From contig NC_069001.1 in NCBI RefSeq assembly GCF_001194135.2, positions 37,515,158 to 37,579,157 of the forward strand: a stretch of 64,000 nucleotides of DNA, read 5' to 3'. Positions within the stretch are counted from its first letter, which is position 1; each line of letters begins with the position of its first letter. Below are positions 63,160 through 64,000 of the stretch, one piece after another. The notes under the pieces are model-generated. The model did not search any database. It was not told the origin of the DNA and saw only the letters and a list, made by a program, of their open reading frames with translations. The position numbers and the translations under genes were made by a program. The DNA comes from Octopus bimaculoides. Taxonomy: Eukaryota.

Positions 63160-63945
63160 TACCTCCTCCCTTCACAATACCAACCTTAAAAAGTCTATTG
63201 ATGAATGTGAGTTCAGCATCATTGTCAACAACAATCTGCATTTGATGAAACATATTTCTAAAATCAACCGAACGACTTAAGGTGTCTTAGCATCACTCAG
63301 TTATCACGCTGGTTATCTGTTGAAAGGTCTATATAGCTGTGATATGTCCACAGTTATTCTGTATCTCCAGTCTGGAATCCCTATCTTGTCCAGCATAACA
63401 ATTTCCTGGAAGCTTTCCGGAGATGTGCAACCAGGCAAATGCCCTCAGTCTTCAACGTATCACTTCTCTGACAACGACACACTAGAGTCTCAATGCCTAG
63501 CAACTGACTTGGTAGAAGCCCACAAAATTATCCACCATCTTTACAACAACTTTGGCCACTTTTTTGAATACAACATCTCTACCACCCATAGACATGCTTA
63601 TAAAATCAAATACCAGTGCAGCACCTATGACTTGCAAGGACATTTTTTCATGCTCAGAATGGTTGAAGCAAGGAATAAACTCCCTGCATTGCTTTTTAGC
63701 TGTCAGGACAGTGCATCCTTGGAAAATTCCATGCTTGCTGAAATTCACCAATTTTTACTTCTGACAAATGCATCAGCTCAACTACAGTTTTGATATTTAG
63801 CAGCTGACTTGGTAGAATCCCGCAAGATCATCCACCATGTTGCCAAAAATGGCCACCTTTTTAAATTAAATATCTCAACCATCCATGGATATGCTTATAA
63901 AATCAAAGAACAGCACACTACCCATGACTTACAGGAACATATTTT
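63160..63945 (+). mobile_element. Degenerate CR1-like LINE RT C-terminus with a tandem partial duplicate (about 63800-63945)
   Basis: Frameshifted ..WNPYLVQH..LEAFRRCAT.., then ATDLVEAHKIIHH..HAYKIK..FFMLRMVEARNKLPA. The DLVE..KIIHH..AYKIK segment is repeated. Confidence 0.8.
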
Positions 63946-64000
63946 AATCAAAACAGACCAGTTACATGTACATGTGTGTGTGTGTGTGTGTGTGTAAGGT

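Overview
AT-rich, microsatellite- and SINE-laden eukaryotic DNA with 7 assembly gaps. The repeat content suggests an octopod cephalopod draft assembly (inference). The whole window lies inside one minus-strand gene, a HERC1 orthologue (giant RCC1/SPRY/WD40/HECT E3 ubiquitin ligase). I traced 53 GT-AG exons by hand from 62294 down to 126. They splice in phase into 10,352 nt (about 3,450 codons), running from the middle of RCC1-like domain 1 through the SPRY domain, a UBA-like domain, a Cys/His-rich module and the WD40 region. The N-terminus, RCC1-like domain 2 and the HECT domain lie outside the window. Introns carry relics of many transposon classes: tRNA-derived SINEs, RTE, CR1-like, R4/Dong-like, Penelope-like, Tc1/mariner and piggyBac-type MITEs. 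They also carry several long inverted repeats that would be dsRNA in the pre-mRNA. I found no convincing new gene or new multi-gene system. The best second-look items are the intronic hairpins (candidate ADAR substrates), a Penelope RT fragment with a 16-bp duplication inside a SINE B-box, inverted SINEs around an in-frame exon pair, and the uncharacterised Cys/His module.
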